64,000 bases of DNA from Candidatus Culexmicrobium cathedralense (GCA_025061115.1 JANZKC010000003.1:199170-263169), one strand, 5' to 3'. Positions 18,257 through 27,390 are shown, counted from the first letter of the stretch. The notes: a model not told the origin generated them from the sequence alone. Made by a program: numbers and translations.

Positions 18257-19162
18257 ATGAGCAAGCGCAGGGAAGATCGCTTAGGCATAGTCTTAACATT
18301 ATTTTTGTTGATAATTATTTCAAGCGTTTTAGTTTACATTTCAGCTAAATTTGCACCTAAAATTGCTGAGTGGGTTAAAACGTGGACTTTCCCATTTGGT
18401 AATGGACAATTAGTCATCACGGGGGTATTTAGAATACTGAGCGCTGATGGAAAAGTAATTGCTCAAGGGCCTATTGAAAGTATAAGTCAAGTAGAGTATG
18501 AGGGGAAGCCGGCAGCCACTTACCAGGCCACCTTTACGGTGCTCATGAATGCAGGAAACATAGACCCAAACACTGTTCAAATTTCAGTTAAATTCTTTAT
18601 GCTGTCGACTAAAGGGTTGGAAAGGAACTTACACATCGAAAGCAAGCAGATATCATTAAAATGGAATGAAGATGGAACTTACAGCGGGTCGATTAGCTTC
18701 ACATATGAGTACATCGTTAAAGATGCAGTTGAAGACATATTAACTGTAGATGGCATAGCATTGGATCAAGACTACCTGCTAGGCTTAACCCATCTATACC
18801 AATTCACCGTCACAGCAATGACAACTGATGGAAAACAGCTGAAAGCCGAAAAGCAACTAAAACACGAAGTAGCTTACAACGTAATAGCATATAAGCCCTT
18901 CCTAGACTTAGAAGTACTCTACGACTTCAAAATAACTCAAGAACCAACATTAGAAACGGAAACAACTACAACTACGTCTAGCAGTGGTGGAGGCGGTGGA
19001 GGATCTACTGGAACATTCGACTATAAAGCAATTAGCTATATTAAACCCTTAAGTGAAGTCCAAATGCAACAAAAACTCAAAACAGCAGGTATATTAACAT
19101 TAGTGATAATCGCACTGATCATAGCAGTAACACTTGTAATGAGGAGCTACTCCAGAAGATAA
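18257..19162 (+). CDS. Surface protein with N- and C-terminal TM helices
   Basis: Two terminal TM segments, beta-rich ectodomain, TTTTTSSSGGGGGG linker. Confidence 0.75.
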   Translation: MSKRREDRLGIVLTLFLLIIISSVLVYISAKFAPKIAEWVKTWTFPFGNGQLVITGVFRILSADGKVIAQGPIESISQVEYEGKPAATYQATFTVLMNAGNIDPNTVQISVKFFMLSTKGLERNLHIESKQISLKWNEDGTYSGSISFTYEYIVKDAVEDILTVDGIALDQDYLLGLTHLYQFTVTAMTTDGKQLKAEKQLKHEVAYNVIAYKPFLDLEVLYDFKITQEPTLETETTTTTSSSGGGGGGSTGTFDYKAISYIKPLSEVQMQQKLKTAGILTLVIIALIIAVTLVMRSYSRR

Positions 19163-19420
19163 AGCTAGGAAATATGCTAGACGTCTAGAAAACGACAGGC
19201 AATAAATCAATTAAAACTCAAACTAAGTTATTCGTACAAAGTACAAATATACAATAGCCACTAAAATTAGAAGTCATAAAGCGTTATTTTCATAAAAATA
19301 CCTATCATCATTTTAATAAAGGCTGCAGTGTGTGGTGCTTCAAGGGTGGAGGGGCATATCACGAATTAGCTTAAACCACTTATAATAGCTTAAGATCAAC
19401 CAGTCAGACTGAGTCATATT

Positions 19421-19813
19421 TCACAGCGTGTTCAATTCAGAGTCTTTAAAAGCAAAAAAGCATTCTTCACAAAGAAGGTAGAATTTACCTTCTATTTCTC
19501 CATGACATAGATCACATAATAATGATTTTCTACTTGAATTTGTAGCCAATTGAAATTGCCAGTCTGGAAGATAAACAAAGTTGAATCTGCTTACCTTCAT
19601 AATCTTTATTTTGAGCTTCTTCCAACCTTTTAAATCTCTTACTTTAACTCCTTTTTCTAGGTCTCTTATTCTTTTAATGTAAGTGTTGTAGTTAAACTTG
19701 CTTTTCAATCTCCTTCTTAAGCGCAAGTATAAATCGTAAAGTAGGATAGGGCGGCCAACCATTTTTAATTCATCAATAATGTGCCCATATGTAAGCTCGG
19801 TCAAGCGGGTCAA
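19421..19813 (-). CDS. wHTH plus C-terminal Zn-finger protein (putative repressor)
   Basis: wHTH-like N-terminus; CDLC...CEEC; divergent from the replication operon. Confidence 0.6.
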   Translation of the reverse strand: MTRLTELTYGHIIDELKMVGRPILLYDLYLRLRRRLKSKFNYNTYIKRIRDLEKGVKVRDLKGWKKLKIKIMKVSRFNFVYLPDWQFQLATNSSRKSLLCDLCHGEIEGKFYLLCEECFFAFKDSELNTL

Positions 19814-19997
19814 AATAATTCACCATAATAGAAAGTTAACTTTCTATTATTTAAGCTTATGGTTCAAAGGTCATCATCAAAAAAGGATAAAATTTCTTGA
19901 AATATGTTCATACAATGAAAATTTTCAAATTATTACTTCAATATGCACTATTATTTTCAATCTGCTTATTTTTCGCTTCTATTTATGGGTGAGTAAG

Positions 19998-20189
19998 ATG
20001 CGTAATTTAGGCAATTTAGAGGTAATTCGAATAAGTAAGGTGTCAAGCAACGATTCCGTCCCACTCATATATTTGCCGAAGAAAGCTGTCGAAAGGATTG
20101 GACTGAGAAAAGGCGACTACGTTGTTCTTGCAACTGATGGTAGGAGGCTGATCATCGAAAAGCTGGAATTAAACAGTCAAGGAGGCTGA
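19998..20189 (+). CDS. AbrB/SpoVT-family DNA-binding protein
   Basis: IYLPK...ERIGLRKGDYV...DG.RLIIEK; true start is the ATG at 19998 inside track ORF 19779..20189. Confidence 0.85.
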   Translation: MRNLGNLEVIRISKVSSNDSVPLIYLPKKAVERIGLRKGDYVVLATDGRRLIIEKLELNSQGG

Positions 20190-20195
20190 AGTGCC

Positions 20196-20306
20196 ATGCG
20201 CATGAAAGATAGGAAGATAATCACCATCAAAATTGACGATCTGAAGGCATTGAAAGAGCATGTTCGAAAGTGTTTGAAGCTTATTGAGAAGCTTGAGGTG
20301 ATGTAA
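20196..20306 (+). CDS. Small hypothetical protein (36 aa)
   Basis: MRMKDRKIITIKIDDLKALKEHVRKCLKLIEKLEVM*; GGAGG upstream; fills the operon gap. Confidence 0.45.
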   Translation: MRMKDRKIITIKIDDLKALKEHVRKCLKLIEKLEVM

Positions 20307-20307
20307 A

Positions 20308-20682
20308 GTGAGTACTAGCTTAAATGTTGAAAAGCTCAAGTTAGAGGCCCAGATCCATGAACTTAGGCAAATAATTTCAATACTTAACAATAGGCTGCAA
20401 GCGCTTGAAAAAGCTTTGAAGTCAAGTGGAGTTGAAATTGTCACTTTGAAAGTTGAGCCGCCAATTGATGTTGAGAGCAGGCTTTTAAAATGGCTATGTC
20501 GCCGAATTTTAGATCCTCATAAAGAGAAGCATGGAATCCAGTATAAACTACGATTTATCGCTGGGACAAACCTCGTTCAAGAGATCGTACTTTGGATTCC
20601 TCAAGGTAAGCAGGAACACCTCGACGAGATCAAGACCTGTTTGAAATGGGTTTGTAAAAAAGCTGCAAGTGCGGGGTGTTGA
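20308..20682 (+). CDS. Coiled-coil hypothetical protein
   Basis: N-terminal heptad repeat; GAGGTG RBS; operonic. Confidence 0.65.
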   Translation: MSTSLNVEKLKLEAQIHELRQIISILNNRLQALEKALKSSGVEIVTLKVEPPIDVESRLLKWLCRRILDPHKEKHGIQYKLRFIAGTNLVQEIVLWIPQGKQEHLDEIKTCLKWVCKKAASAGC

Positions 20683-20688
20683 AGAGGA

Positions 20689-22902
20689 ATGGGAAGGTGG
20701 AGTCCATTAAATAAGCCCAGCCCAGAAGAGGCCAGGCAATTCCTAGCTGAAAAAGGCTTCTTAATCGAAGTAAAATCTTTAAGTAATTCATTTAACGTAT
20801 ATAAGGTATTGCTGCACGGCCCAGATGGGAATCTCCATGAACAAAAGTGTGAGCACTTATCAGGCTATTCTCCAACAGCTATCATTAACTTTCTTAAAAG
20901 CTATAATATTAATGAAAATGACCTCCCTGATTTTTTAGCAGCCATATCCTCAATCATTGAAGCAATTTTACCTCAAAAGTTTAGGTTTGTGCTTGATGAT
21001 GGCACAATAATTGAGCCTGAAGCCAGTGATGGCTTAGCAGTCAACCCCGCAATGTTGTTTGTAAGACACGAAAATTTCACGATTGTAGGTGAATTAACTT
21101 ACCTTAAAAGTAAGGTGAAGATTCCTGATAAGCGAAGAGGTTTCAAGGAAATTATAGGTTATGAGCCTTTCCTAGTAATTGCGAGGTATGAAGGATCAGA
21201 AATTAAGAGGGATTTTAAGCCTTTGAGAAAGCTGGAATTTATTGATGTTGGAGACATCCCAGTTAGGTTAGATTGGCGCGGGAGGGCTTCAAGTCCTCTT
21301 AAAACCGTTATGAAGCTTGAAACAATTGGCGATTTCATGAAAGGTGCTATTTCTCCCCACTTCAAGGAGTTATTTGATGAGGCTCTAAGTAACATAAAGA
21401 AATTCATTGACTTTTGGTGGGATCAGCGCCTATATACTTTAACTGCAGTCTATTGTATGTCCACGTACTTTGCCGACTTCTTCACAGCATTTCCATTTCT
21501 CTACTTTTATGGTCCTCCAGGAACTGGAAAAACTAGGGCTGGCAAGACAATTACTTTAATGAGTAGAAGAGGCTTCATAGTAACTGATCCTACTGAAGCA
21601 TCCATTTACAGAACTGCTGAAGCATTCAAGCCTACATTCCTCTTCGATGAATCCATTATGCGCAAAGAGCTTTGGAAGCTGGTTAGAGCTGCATTTAAAG
21701 CTGGGGCTCAAATTCCGAGAGTAACTAAAGTTAGGGGTGAATACTTTGAATTATCATTTTTTGATCCATACTCACCGTACATTTTTGCAAGCACTGAAAC
21801 TCCTGAAGAGTTAGGTGGAAGTGAAGCAGACTTAACTAGAACTATCATAATAGTTATGAAATTTGGTCGAGATCCAAGTGGCAGAGATCCTGAACCTAAC
21901 GACTTTACAAGATTCAGAGAGAAAATGTACTTGGCAAGACTCACTCGAGCCAATGAAATCATTGAAGCAATAGAGAAAGTTAAATGTTTAGCAAAAACAC
22001 TTACAGGAAGAGAAAGAGAGGTTTGGCTTCCACTTCTATCTTTAGCGAGAGTTATTGATGAAAAAGTTTTCAATGAAATACTTAACCTCGCTGCAGAGCT
22101 TTTTGAGGCAAAGAAGCTAGAGCTGTATAGAGATGAAAGGCTGATAATTGAAGCACTAGAGCGGTTAATGATGGATGAAGCTCAAAAGAGCTTAGGAGAT
22201 GATCTTTTACTGCGTTTTTATGCGAAAGATCTCAATGCAATACTGAAGGACATTCTAGTTTTTGAGAGGCAAGAATTAACTGAAAAACAGTTTGAGCGAT
22301 TTTGGAGCACCAGGAGAATAGGTAAAATACTTAGTAGAATGGGATTCAAGGGCCGCCTATATAAGGGAATAAAAAGATATACTTTAACTAGAGCAGAGCT
22401 CGAGGACCTAAAGCAAAAGTACTTTGCCTTGAGCTCCAGTGGAAATGAGGGTGGATTTGGTGGGTTTGGTGTATTTTCTGGAGAAAGGGGTACCTCTGAG
22501 AAAAACCCACCCCAGCATGAAGCAGAACCATCAGAAATAATGATGGAGGGTGGATTTTCTGAAACCCTACCCCTTTTCCGAAAAAACCCACCAAATCCAC
22601 CAAACCCACCCTTCATTCATGGACAAATATCAAAAAGCATTCCTCACCACATCCTCACACTAAAGAAGATTAAGCGCGGCGAGATCGATATTCCTGAAGA
22701 AGCGCTTCAAAGAGTTTACACTTATATTGAGAGGAATCTCCCACTTCAAAGAGACTTAATTAAGTTTATAGAGCTTAATGAGCTGCCAAAAGAGGCGCTT
22801 ACAGTTCTCATCATGAAAGGCAGGGTAATTGAAAGAAGACTTCCAAGCGGTGAGGTGAGGCTTCTTCCATCCTACGTTTTGGGAGGATGGAGGTGTGGGT
22901 GA
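20689..22902 (+). CDS. Replication helicase-like P-loop ATPase (DUF3631/SF3-like Rep)
   Basis: FPFLYFYGPPGTGKT Walker A, PTEASIYR, PTFLFDE Walker B, R..EVW.PL; C-terminal wHTH-like region. Confidence 0.75.
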   Translation: MGRWSPLNKPSPEEARQFLAEKGFLIEVKSLSNSFNVYKVLLHGPDGNLHEQKCEHLSGYSPTAIINFLKSYNINENDLPDFLAAISSIIEAILPQKFRFVLDDGTIIEPEASDGLAVNPAMLFVRHENFTIVGELTYLKSKVKIPDKRRGFKEIIGYEPFLVIARYEGSEIKRDFKPLRKLEFIDVGDIPVRLDWRGRASSPLKTVMKLETIGDFMKGAISPHFKELFDEALSNIKKFIDFWWDQRLYTLTAVYCMSTYFADFFTAFPFLYFYGPPGTGKTRAGKTITLMSRRGFIVTDPTEASIYRTAEAFKPTFLFDESIMRKELWKLVRAAFKAGAQIPRVTKVRGEYFELSFFDPYSPYIFASTETPEELGGSEADLTRTIIIVMKFGRDPSGRDPEPNDFTRFREKMYLARLTRANEIIEAIEKVKCLAKTLTGREREVWLPLLSLARVIDEKVFNEILNLAAELFEAKKLELYRDERLIIEALERLMMDEAQKSLGDDLLLRFYAKDLNAILKDILVFERQELTEKQFERFWSTRRIGKILSRMGFKGRLYKGIKRYTLTRAELEDLKQKYFALSSSGNEGGFGGFGVFSGERGTSEKNPPQHEAEPSEIMMEGGFSETLPLFRKNPPNPPNPPFIHGQISKSIPHHILTLKKIKRGEIDIPEEALQRVYTYIERNLPLQRDLIKFIELNELPKEALTVLIMKGRVIERRLPSGEVRLLPSYVLGGWRCG
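22445..22616. repeat. About 70-bp imperfect inverted repeat with GGTGGRTTT iteron-like units (putative origin)
   Basis: 22445-22512 is nearly the reverse complement of 22548-22616; encodes the GGFGGFG and NPPNPPNPP peptides. Confidence 0.75.
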
Positions 22903-23031
22903 TGAGAACTAAAAGTGTCATAGTATTCTGCTGGCATGGTTACAGAAATCCTCACTTTTGCACTGAGTGCCTGTGGAGGGAGATTTGCAGCATTTCCAAT
23001 CCTACATTGACCTCTAGTGAGGTGAAGGTTT

Positions 23032-23304
23032 GTGCGTGAGCTAATTAACAAGCAGGGAATACTGGAGGTTGATGGAGACATATATCAGTGCACTATTGTT
23101 GGAGCGCAATTTCGAGCTAAAAGGGAAAACATCCTTTACATCGACGAGGAAGCGTACTGCAAGCTTCTCACAGGTTGTGAGAAGCCGAACATAGTCATTC
23201 TCCTAGTCAAGTTGAACTGCAAAAGTGCTGTCTGTGAGATCATGCAGAGTGGTAGTATTTGCATTAGAGAATCTAGAAGGAGAGATCAAAAATGCCGAGT
23301 GTGA
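23032..23304 (+). CDS. Hypothetical protein
   Basis: GAGGTGA RBS upstream; operonic. Confidence 0.55.
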   Translation: MRELINKQGILEVDGDIYQCTIVGAQFRAKRENILYIDEEAYCKLLTGCEKPNIVILLVKLNCKSAVCEIMQSGSICIRESRRRDQKCRV

Positions 23305-23432
23305 AAGTTAGACTTTCAACTCTCGTTAAGCTCAAGCAACTGAAAAAGAAGTTGAAGACTGCAAGCAGCCTAGATGACGTGATAGTCAGACTGATTCACT
23401 TTTACGAGGAGAATAGGGGAGTGAGGAGTTGA
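23292..23432 (+). CDS. Small RHH-like DNA-binding protein, not in ORF track
   Basis: MPSVKVRLSTLVKLKQLKKKLKTASSLDDVIVRLIHFYEENRGVRS*; S.DDVI.RLI RHH pattern; overlaps both neighbours. Confidence 0.7.
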   Translation: MPSVKVRLSTLVKLKQLKKKLKTASSLDDVIVRLIHFYEENRGVRS

Positions 23433-23896
23433 TGCCTGTCGAGCTATTTACATCACCTGAAGAAGTTGCCGAAAGAATTGTTCAGCGAGTTTGGGATGAA
23501 GGATGGTTTCTAATAATACCAACGAACTTTAAAACCATGACGTTCCTCGAGTGGCTAGAGTACAAGTACTACACTCCAGGAACTAAAGAAAATGCATTCT
23601 ATGAGATCTCGTTGCTTCCGATGATGGCCATAATTAAGCCTAAGCCCCACTTCTACAACTTGTGGTTTAATGAACATGAGGAAGAGCTCATTCCCCTCAT
23701 AAAGAAACACGGCTGCATAATAATTCTAAGAGACTTCCAACCAGCTGGGATGAACCGCGACTATAAGATAACTGGCAAGATCCTCTTAGTCTTCGAGGAT
23801 AGGAATGACATGAGAAACTTCCTTGCAAAAATGATGATCTTTCACTTCATTAAGTTAAAGTTAAGATCTCCCTTTCGAGGTGTAAGTCTTGACTGA
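23429..23896 (+). CDS. Hypothetical protein
   Basis: 155-aa ORF translationally coupled to its neighbours. Confidence 0.7.
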   Translation: MMPVELFTSPEEVAERIVQRVWDEGWFLIIPTNFKTMTFLEWLEYKYYTPGTKENAFYEISLLPMMAIIKPKPHFYNLWFNEHEEELIPLIKKHGCIIILRDFQPAGMNRDYKITGKILLVFEDRNDMRNFLAKMMIFHFIKLKLRSPFRGVSLD

Positions 23897-24539
23897 GAAT
23901 ATCGAGAAGATAAGAAAAGAGTTGGATTCAGTTTTAGTTGAGGCTGTTAGGCCTACAGCTCAGCTCGGAGTTGAAAACCTCATCGCCTGTGAGTTGGCTC
24001 GAGCAGTGTTCAGCAAGCCTCTTGAGAAGATTCGGCACATCTTGGAAGCCTATCTTCTAATTTCAAATGAGAAGAGAAGGGAGTTGCTAGGTATATGTGA
24101 TGATGAACATGAGGAGCTTATAAAAATATATAAGCTGTGCCTAGACTTGCAAAGAACAATATTCATGGAAGATAGATACTGTGAAATGAGAACTGCAGCT
24201 ATACCTTGGAGCTTCACTGCCAAGGAGATTTATAAGTACTTGGACTGGATCGGTAATTTTGTACCATACCATTACCCATTAGTCTCATATTATAAAAAGT
24301 TAGATTATATGAAGAAATTCTACTATGCAAGTAAATTAGGAAATCTAACATGGATGACTGCAAGAGAAGTTCAAACACGCTTCATACAATATGCAATGCC
24401 TAAAGTGATTCGCATAATGCGCTTATTACTCGAGAAGATCGTCACGCCAGAAATCTGGTGGCAATCACTTCAAATCATAAGTGGAAAAGTTAAGGTAAAG
24501 GAGCGAGATCAACGTGCAGCATTACAGAGTGAAGCCTAG
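23889..24539 (+). CDS. Hypothetical helical protein
   Basis: 216-aa ORF overlapping its neighbours. Confidence 0.7.
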   Translation: MTENIEKIRKELDSVLVEAVRPTAQLGVENLIACELARAVFSKPLEKIRHILEAYLLISNEKRRELLGICDDEHEELIKIYKLCLDLQRTIFMEDRYCEMRTAAIPWSFTAKEIYKYLDWIGNFVPYHYPLVSYYKKLDYMKKFYYASKLGNLTWMTAREVQTRFIQYAMPKVIRIMRLLLEKIVTPEIWWQSLQIISGKVKVKERDQRAALQSEA

Positions 24540-25395
24540 CCTCATAGCAGTAAAGTGGCTCAGAGGAATAGAGCATATCAACTTTGGAAGCAAGCCAGTA
24601 GTCTTAATGGCTTTAGGCGTTAGAGGAGCAGGTAAAAGCGCATTCCTAGAAGCAGTAGCAGAGCATTTTTTGGCAAGCGGTCACAGTGTCCTAGACCTGT
24701 TTGGAGCCAGGAGCGGAGAAGGCTTAGCATGGCTTAGGTCACCATGGATACAAGAATTAGACCTCCCAGTACTGCTGATTAAAGGCAGAAATATAGATGT
24801 AACTTGCAGCTGGAACGTGAAAAGCTGGGATAAATTGACTCTCAGCGAATTTGAAAAGTACAGGATCATCATTTCAGCCAGCCCACTCTACATTGACAGG
24901 AACGAGGAGTTCAGAGCAGTAAACCGCATACTCGACATTCTATTCACGAGGTTAGGCTGGAGAAGGTACATTTACATCTTAGTGAGGGAAGCAGCCAACC
25001 TCATTTACTCAAGATTCAAGCATAAGGAAAACCAACTGCTAGCAAAAGCTGAGTGCGTATATTTGATAAGAGAGTCAAGGCATCATGGCTTAGCCATGGG
25101 GCTAGACACTCAGAAATTCACAAGCGTAGACGTCGATTTGCGAATACTGCTTGATTATCTAATAATTAAGACTCAAGGAGCAATAGGCTTACCTAGAGAT
25201 CTATGGTGGGTTTACAGTTGGATAAAGCCAGAGTGGTTGCAGTGGGCTAAGCCTCAGTATTTTGCAATAATAAGTAGGAGGGGAAGTATAGGAATAGGTC
25301 TTTTCGAAATGCCGTCATGGCATAAAAGGCCAAGAGAAAACTTATTGAAAGCACTAGGAATTAAAGTGGAAAACAGACAAAATAACCTGAAATAG
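24514..25395 (+). CDS. FtsK/HerA-superfamily-like ATPase (packaging or transfer type)
   Basis: Walker A GVRGAGKS, variant Walker B ILVREA, RESRH motif, DTQ sensor-like motif. Confidence 0.7.
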   Translation: MQHYRVKPSLIAVKWLRGIEHINFGSKPVVLMALGVRGAGKSAFLEAVAEHFLASGHSVLDLFGARSGEGLAWLRSPWIQELDLPVLLIKGRNIDVTCSWNVKSWDKLTLSEFEKYRIIISASPLYIDRNEEFRAVNRILDILFTRLGWRRYIYILVREAANLIYSRFKHKENQLLAKAECVYLIRESRHHGLAMGLDTQKFTSVDVDLRILLDYLIIKTQGAIGLPRDLWWVYSWIKPEWLQWAKPQYFAIISRRGSIGIGLFEMPSWHKRPRENLLKALGIKVENRQNNLK

Positions 25396-25463
25396 CCTTA
25401 TATTCAGTAAACTACTCCTCTATACTGCAAATCCCAAATTCCCTTTACTTTTGTAAAAGAAAT

Positions 25464-25874
25464 TCAGAGTTTAGGTACAATTCGAGTTGGTTCTAATCCT
25501 GGAAAGGCTATGCTTCTTAATCCTAAGCTTTCTGCACATTTCAATGCAGCTCTCATTGCCAATCTAACATTTTCAATACCTATTTTCATGGCAGGCCTCT
25601 CCATAGTTGGAGCGTGAATAACATATCTTGCTTTAAGCTTTCCAGCTCCAGTAAAAATAGCCTCACCAACCGGAATAGGAGCATGCTTACGCGCTTCCAA
25701 TTCAATTTCAACTCCACCCACACGCTTAATAGCTCCAGCAACTCCTCCACCCATTATCATGTAGCTATTAGCTGGATTAACAATAGCTTCAACATCAACC
25801 TTAGTTATGTCGCCAAGCATAACCTTAATTTCAACACCCCTACACTTACATTCATAAAGCAGCATCCAACACAC
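25464..25874 (-). pseudogene. Macrodomain (ADP-ribose-binding/hydrolase) gene, 5' part, interrupted by the element
   Basis: GDIT, AIVNPAN, GGGVAGAI, VIHAPT and SIAFPGL motifs, followed by 9 element-derived residues EPTRIVPKL*. Confidence 0.92.
25473..25502. repeat. Right attachment site
   Basis: AGGTACAATTCGA inverted arm plus CTAATCCTGG direct repeat. Confidence 0.9.
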
Positions 25875-25989
25875 CCAAAATTCGAGAGAAAATAAAAATT
25901 ATTAAGCATTACATGTAACCAAGTACATCAATAATATAATTACAACCTACCTATAATACTCAAAAATTATTTGGCTACAGTGCGCTTAT

Positions 25990-26055
25990 ATGCCTATAGA
26001 CGTGTTCGAAACTCTTAAAGCACTGGTTAAAATCAATTCCGTAAATCAACCATAA
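25990..26055 (+). pseudogene. Possible M20 peptidase N-terminal remnant
   Basis: MPIDVFETLKALVKINSVNQP* resembles the L..LV.I.S.N start of M20/ArgE enzymes. Confidence 0.35.
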
Positions 26056-26193
26056 AAAGGCTAAAAGACAACAATCGAAATCCCCAACTACATAAAACAC
26101 GTTAAAAATACGATCTCCAAACCGAAATTCTCGAGAAAAAATCTACTACTCCGCTTTTAGAAGGTTTATTGAAGGATGTGATTGATTTGGCAT

Positions 26194-26322
26194 TTTGCAA
26201 CGAGATTTCCAGCAAAACCTAACAATATAGGGTTGACTACTGTTAAGTTAATTGAAAAGCGAGAGAATATTTTGATTGTGGATGTACTTGATGCGGAGAA
26301 TGGAAATTGCCGCATTGAGTGA
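26194..26322 (+). pseudogene. TrmO/TsaA tRNA methyltransferase remnant
   Basis: FATRFPAKPNNIGLTTVKLIEKRENILIVDVLDAENG matches the FATRSP.RPN.IGL..V.L...LDA.DG motif; no intact 5' end. Confidence 0.65.
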
Positions 26323-26538
26323 GAAAACATGTTAAAGAGCATAAGCACTTTAAGCATCGCAATTACGAGGATATCTTGAATCTTGTTGGGAGATATTATA
26401 ATTCATAGAGCAGATTCTACTTTAATATTAAAAATAAAAGTGTTAAATTCAATTGGACAAAACGTTCTAATAATTTGAAATATTCAATTAAAAATAATAT
26501 TTAAATTATGTGTCATTATTTTAATTAATGGGATAAAT

Positions 26539-27390
26539 ATGAAGTTTGAGAAGTATCTTTCAATTGCTATTGTAATTTCATTTATTGCGCTTAGTCTCTA
26601 TAGTTGGATTTCGCGTTATGGATTAGTTTGGCCTCCTAATTTTTGGATGCTTATGATTGAGCCTGAAAACGTCTTTCTTGCCATTACATTCTTTATTGTT
26701 AGCTTAACGGCAATTGCACTATGCATTTTGAAGTTTAACTTAACAAGTTCAATAGTAATTGTTGGATGGGGCTTTTACCTACCCGTAATATGGAATATTA
26801 CGATACCCATGTTCATAGCTTTCATGACTGTCATAGGCTTGTTTTACTCGCCTTGGTTACCATTAGAGAGTACTCAAGTAGGAAATCTACTTATAAACGG
26901 TGTCATAGTGTTTCCATACAGGCCATTAAACAATTTGTTGCCATCAATTGGGTTTTCACTAATATTCGTTGGCCTCGCCATGTACTTCACATCACTATAT
27001 CAGCTTTTGACATATAAGATCAAAAACAACAAACTTCTAACAAAAGGATTATACTCGATAGTTAGACATCCCCAGTATTTAGGTATAATTTTGTGGACGT
27101 TGGGCGTAGCAATAGTTGGACGTAGGCCCATTAACTACATTGCATGGGCAACACTTACTTACACATATTTAGTTCTAGCTGAATTTGAGGATTGGAACTT
27201 AGAAAAGAAATTTGGAGAAGTCTTTGAGCGTTACGCGGAGAAGACTAGCTTTATTATTCCATTACCAGTTAGAATTAGCATAAAAAATAGGAAAATAAAG
27301 CTAATGCTTTATACAGCCATCTATATTTTAATGCTTATAATGATGATTTACGTGTTTTCATCAATGGCACTTATGTATCGTTTCACATAA
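26539..27390 (+). CDS. Isoprenylcysteine carboxyl methyltransferase/PEMT-family membrane protein
   Basis: L.TKGLYSIVRHPQYLG, ED..L...FG; multiple TMs. Confidence 0.85.
   Translation: MKFEKYLSIAIVISFIALSLYSWISRYGLVWPPNFWMLMIEPENVFLAITFFIVSLTAIALCILKFNLTSSIVIVGWGFYLPVIWNITIPMFIAFMTVIGLFYSPWLPLESTQVGNLLINGVIVFPYRPLNNLLPSIGFSLIFVGLAMYFTSLYQLLTYKIKNNKLLTKGLYSIVRHPQYLGIILWTLGVAIVGRRPINYIAWATLTYTYLVLAEFEDWNLEKKFGEVFERYAEKTSFIIPLPVRISIKNRKIKLMLYTAIYILMLIMMIYVFSSMALMYRFT

Larger units (their letters stand above)
14383..25502. mobile_element. 11.1-kb integrated element (cryptic plasmid, satellite or provirus-like)
   Basis: Bounded by att repeats inside a split host gene; encodes an integrase next to the left att, a Rep helicase, RHH/AbrB/wHTH regulators, a serine recombinase and an ATPase. 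Confidence 0.92.

Noticed and set aside
14383-25496. DDE transposon or casposon interpretation (TIRs + 6-bp TSD)
   Set aside because: No DDE transposase, Cas1 or PolB gene; the tyrosine integrase and 6-bp core fit site-specific recombination.
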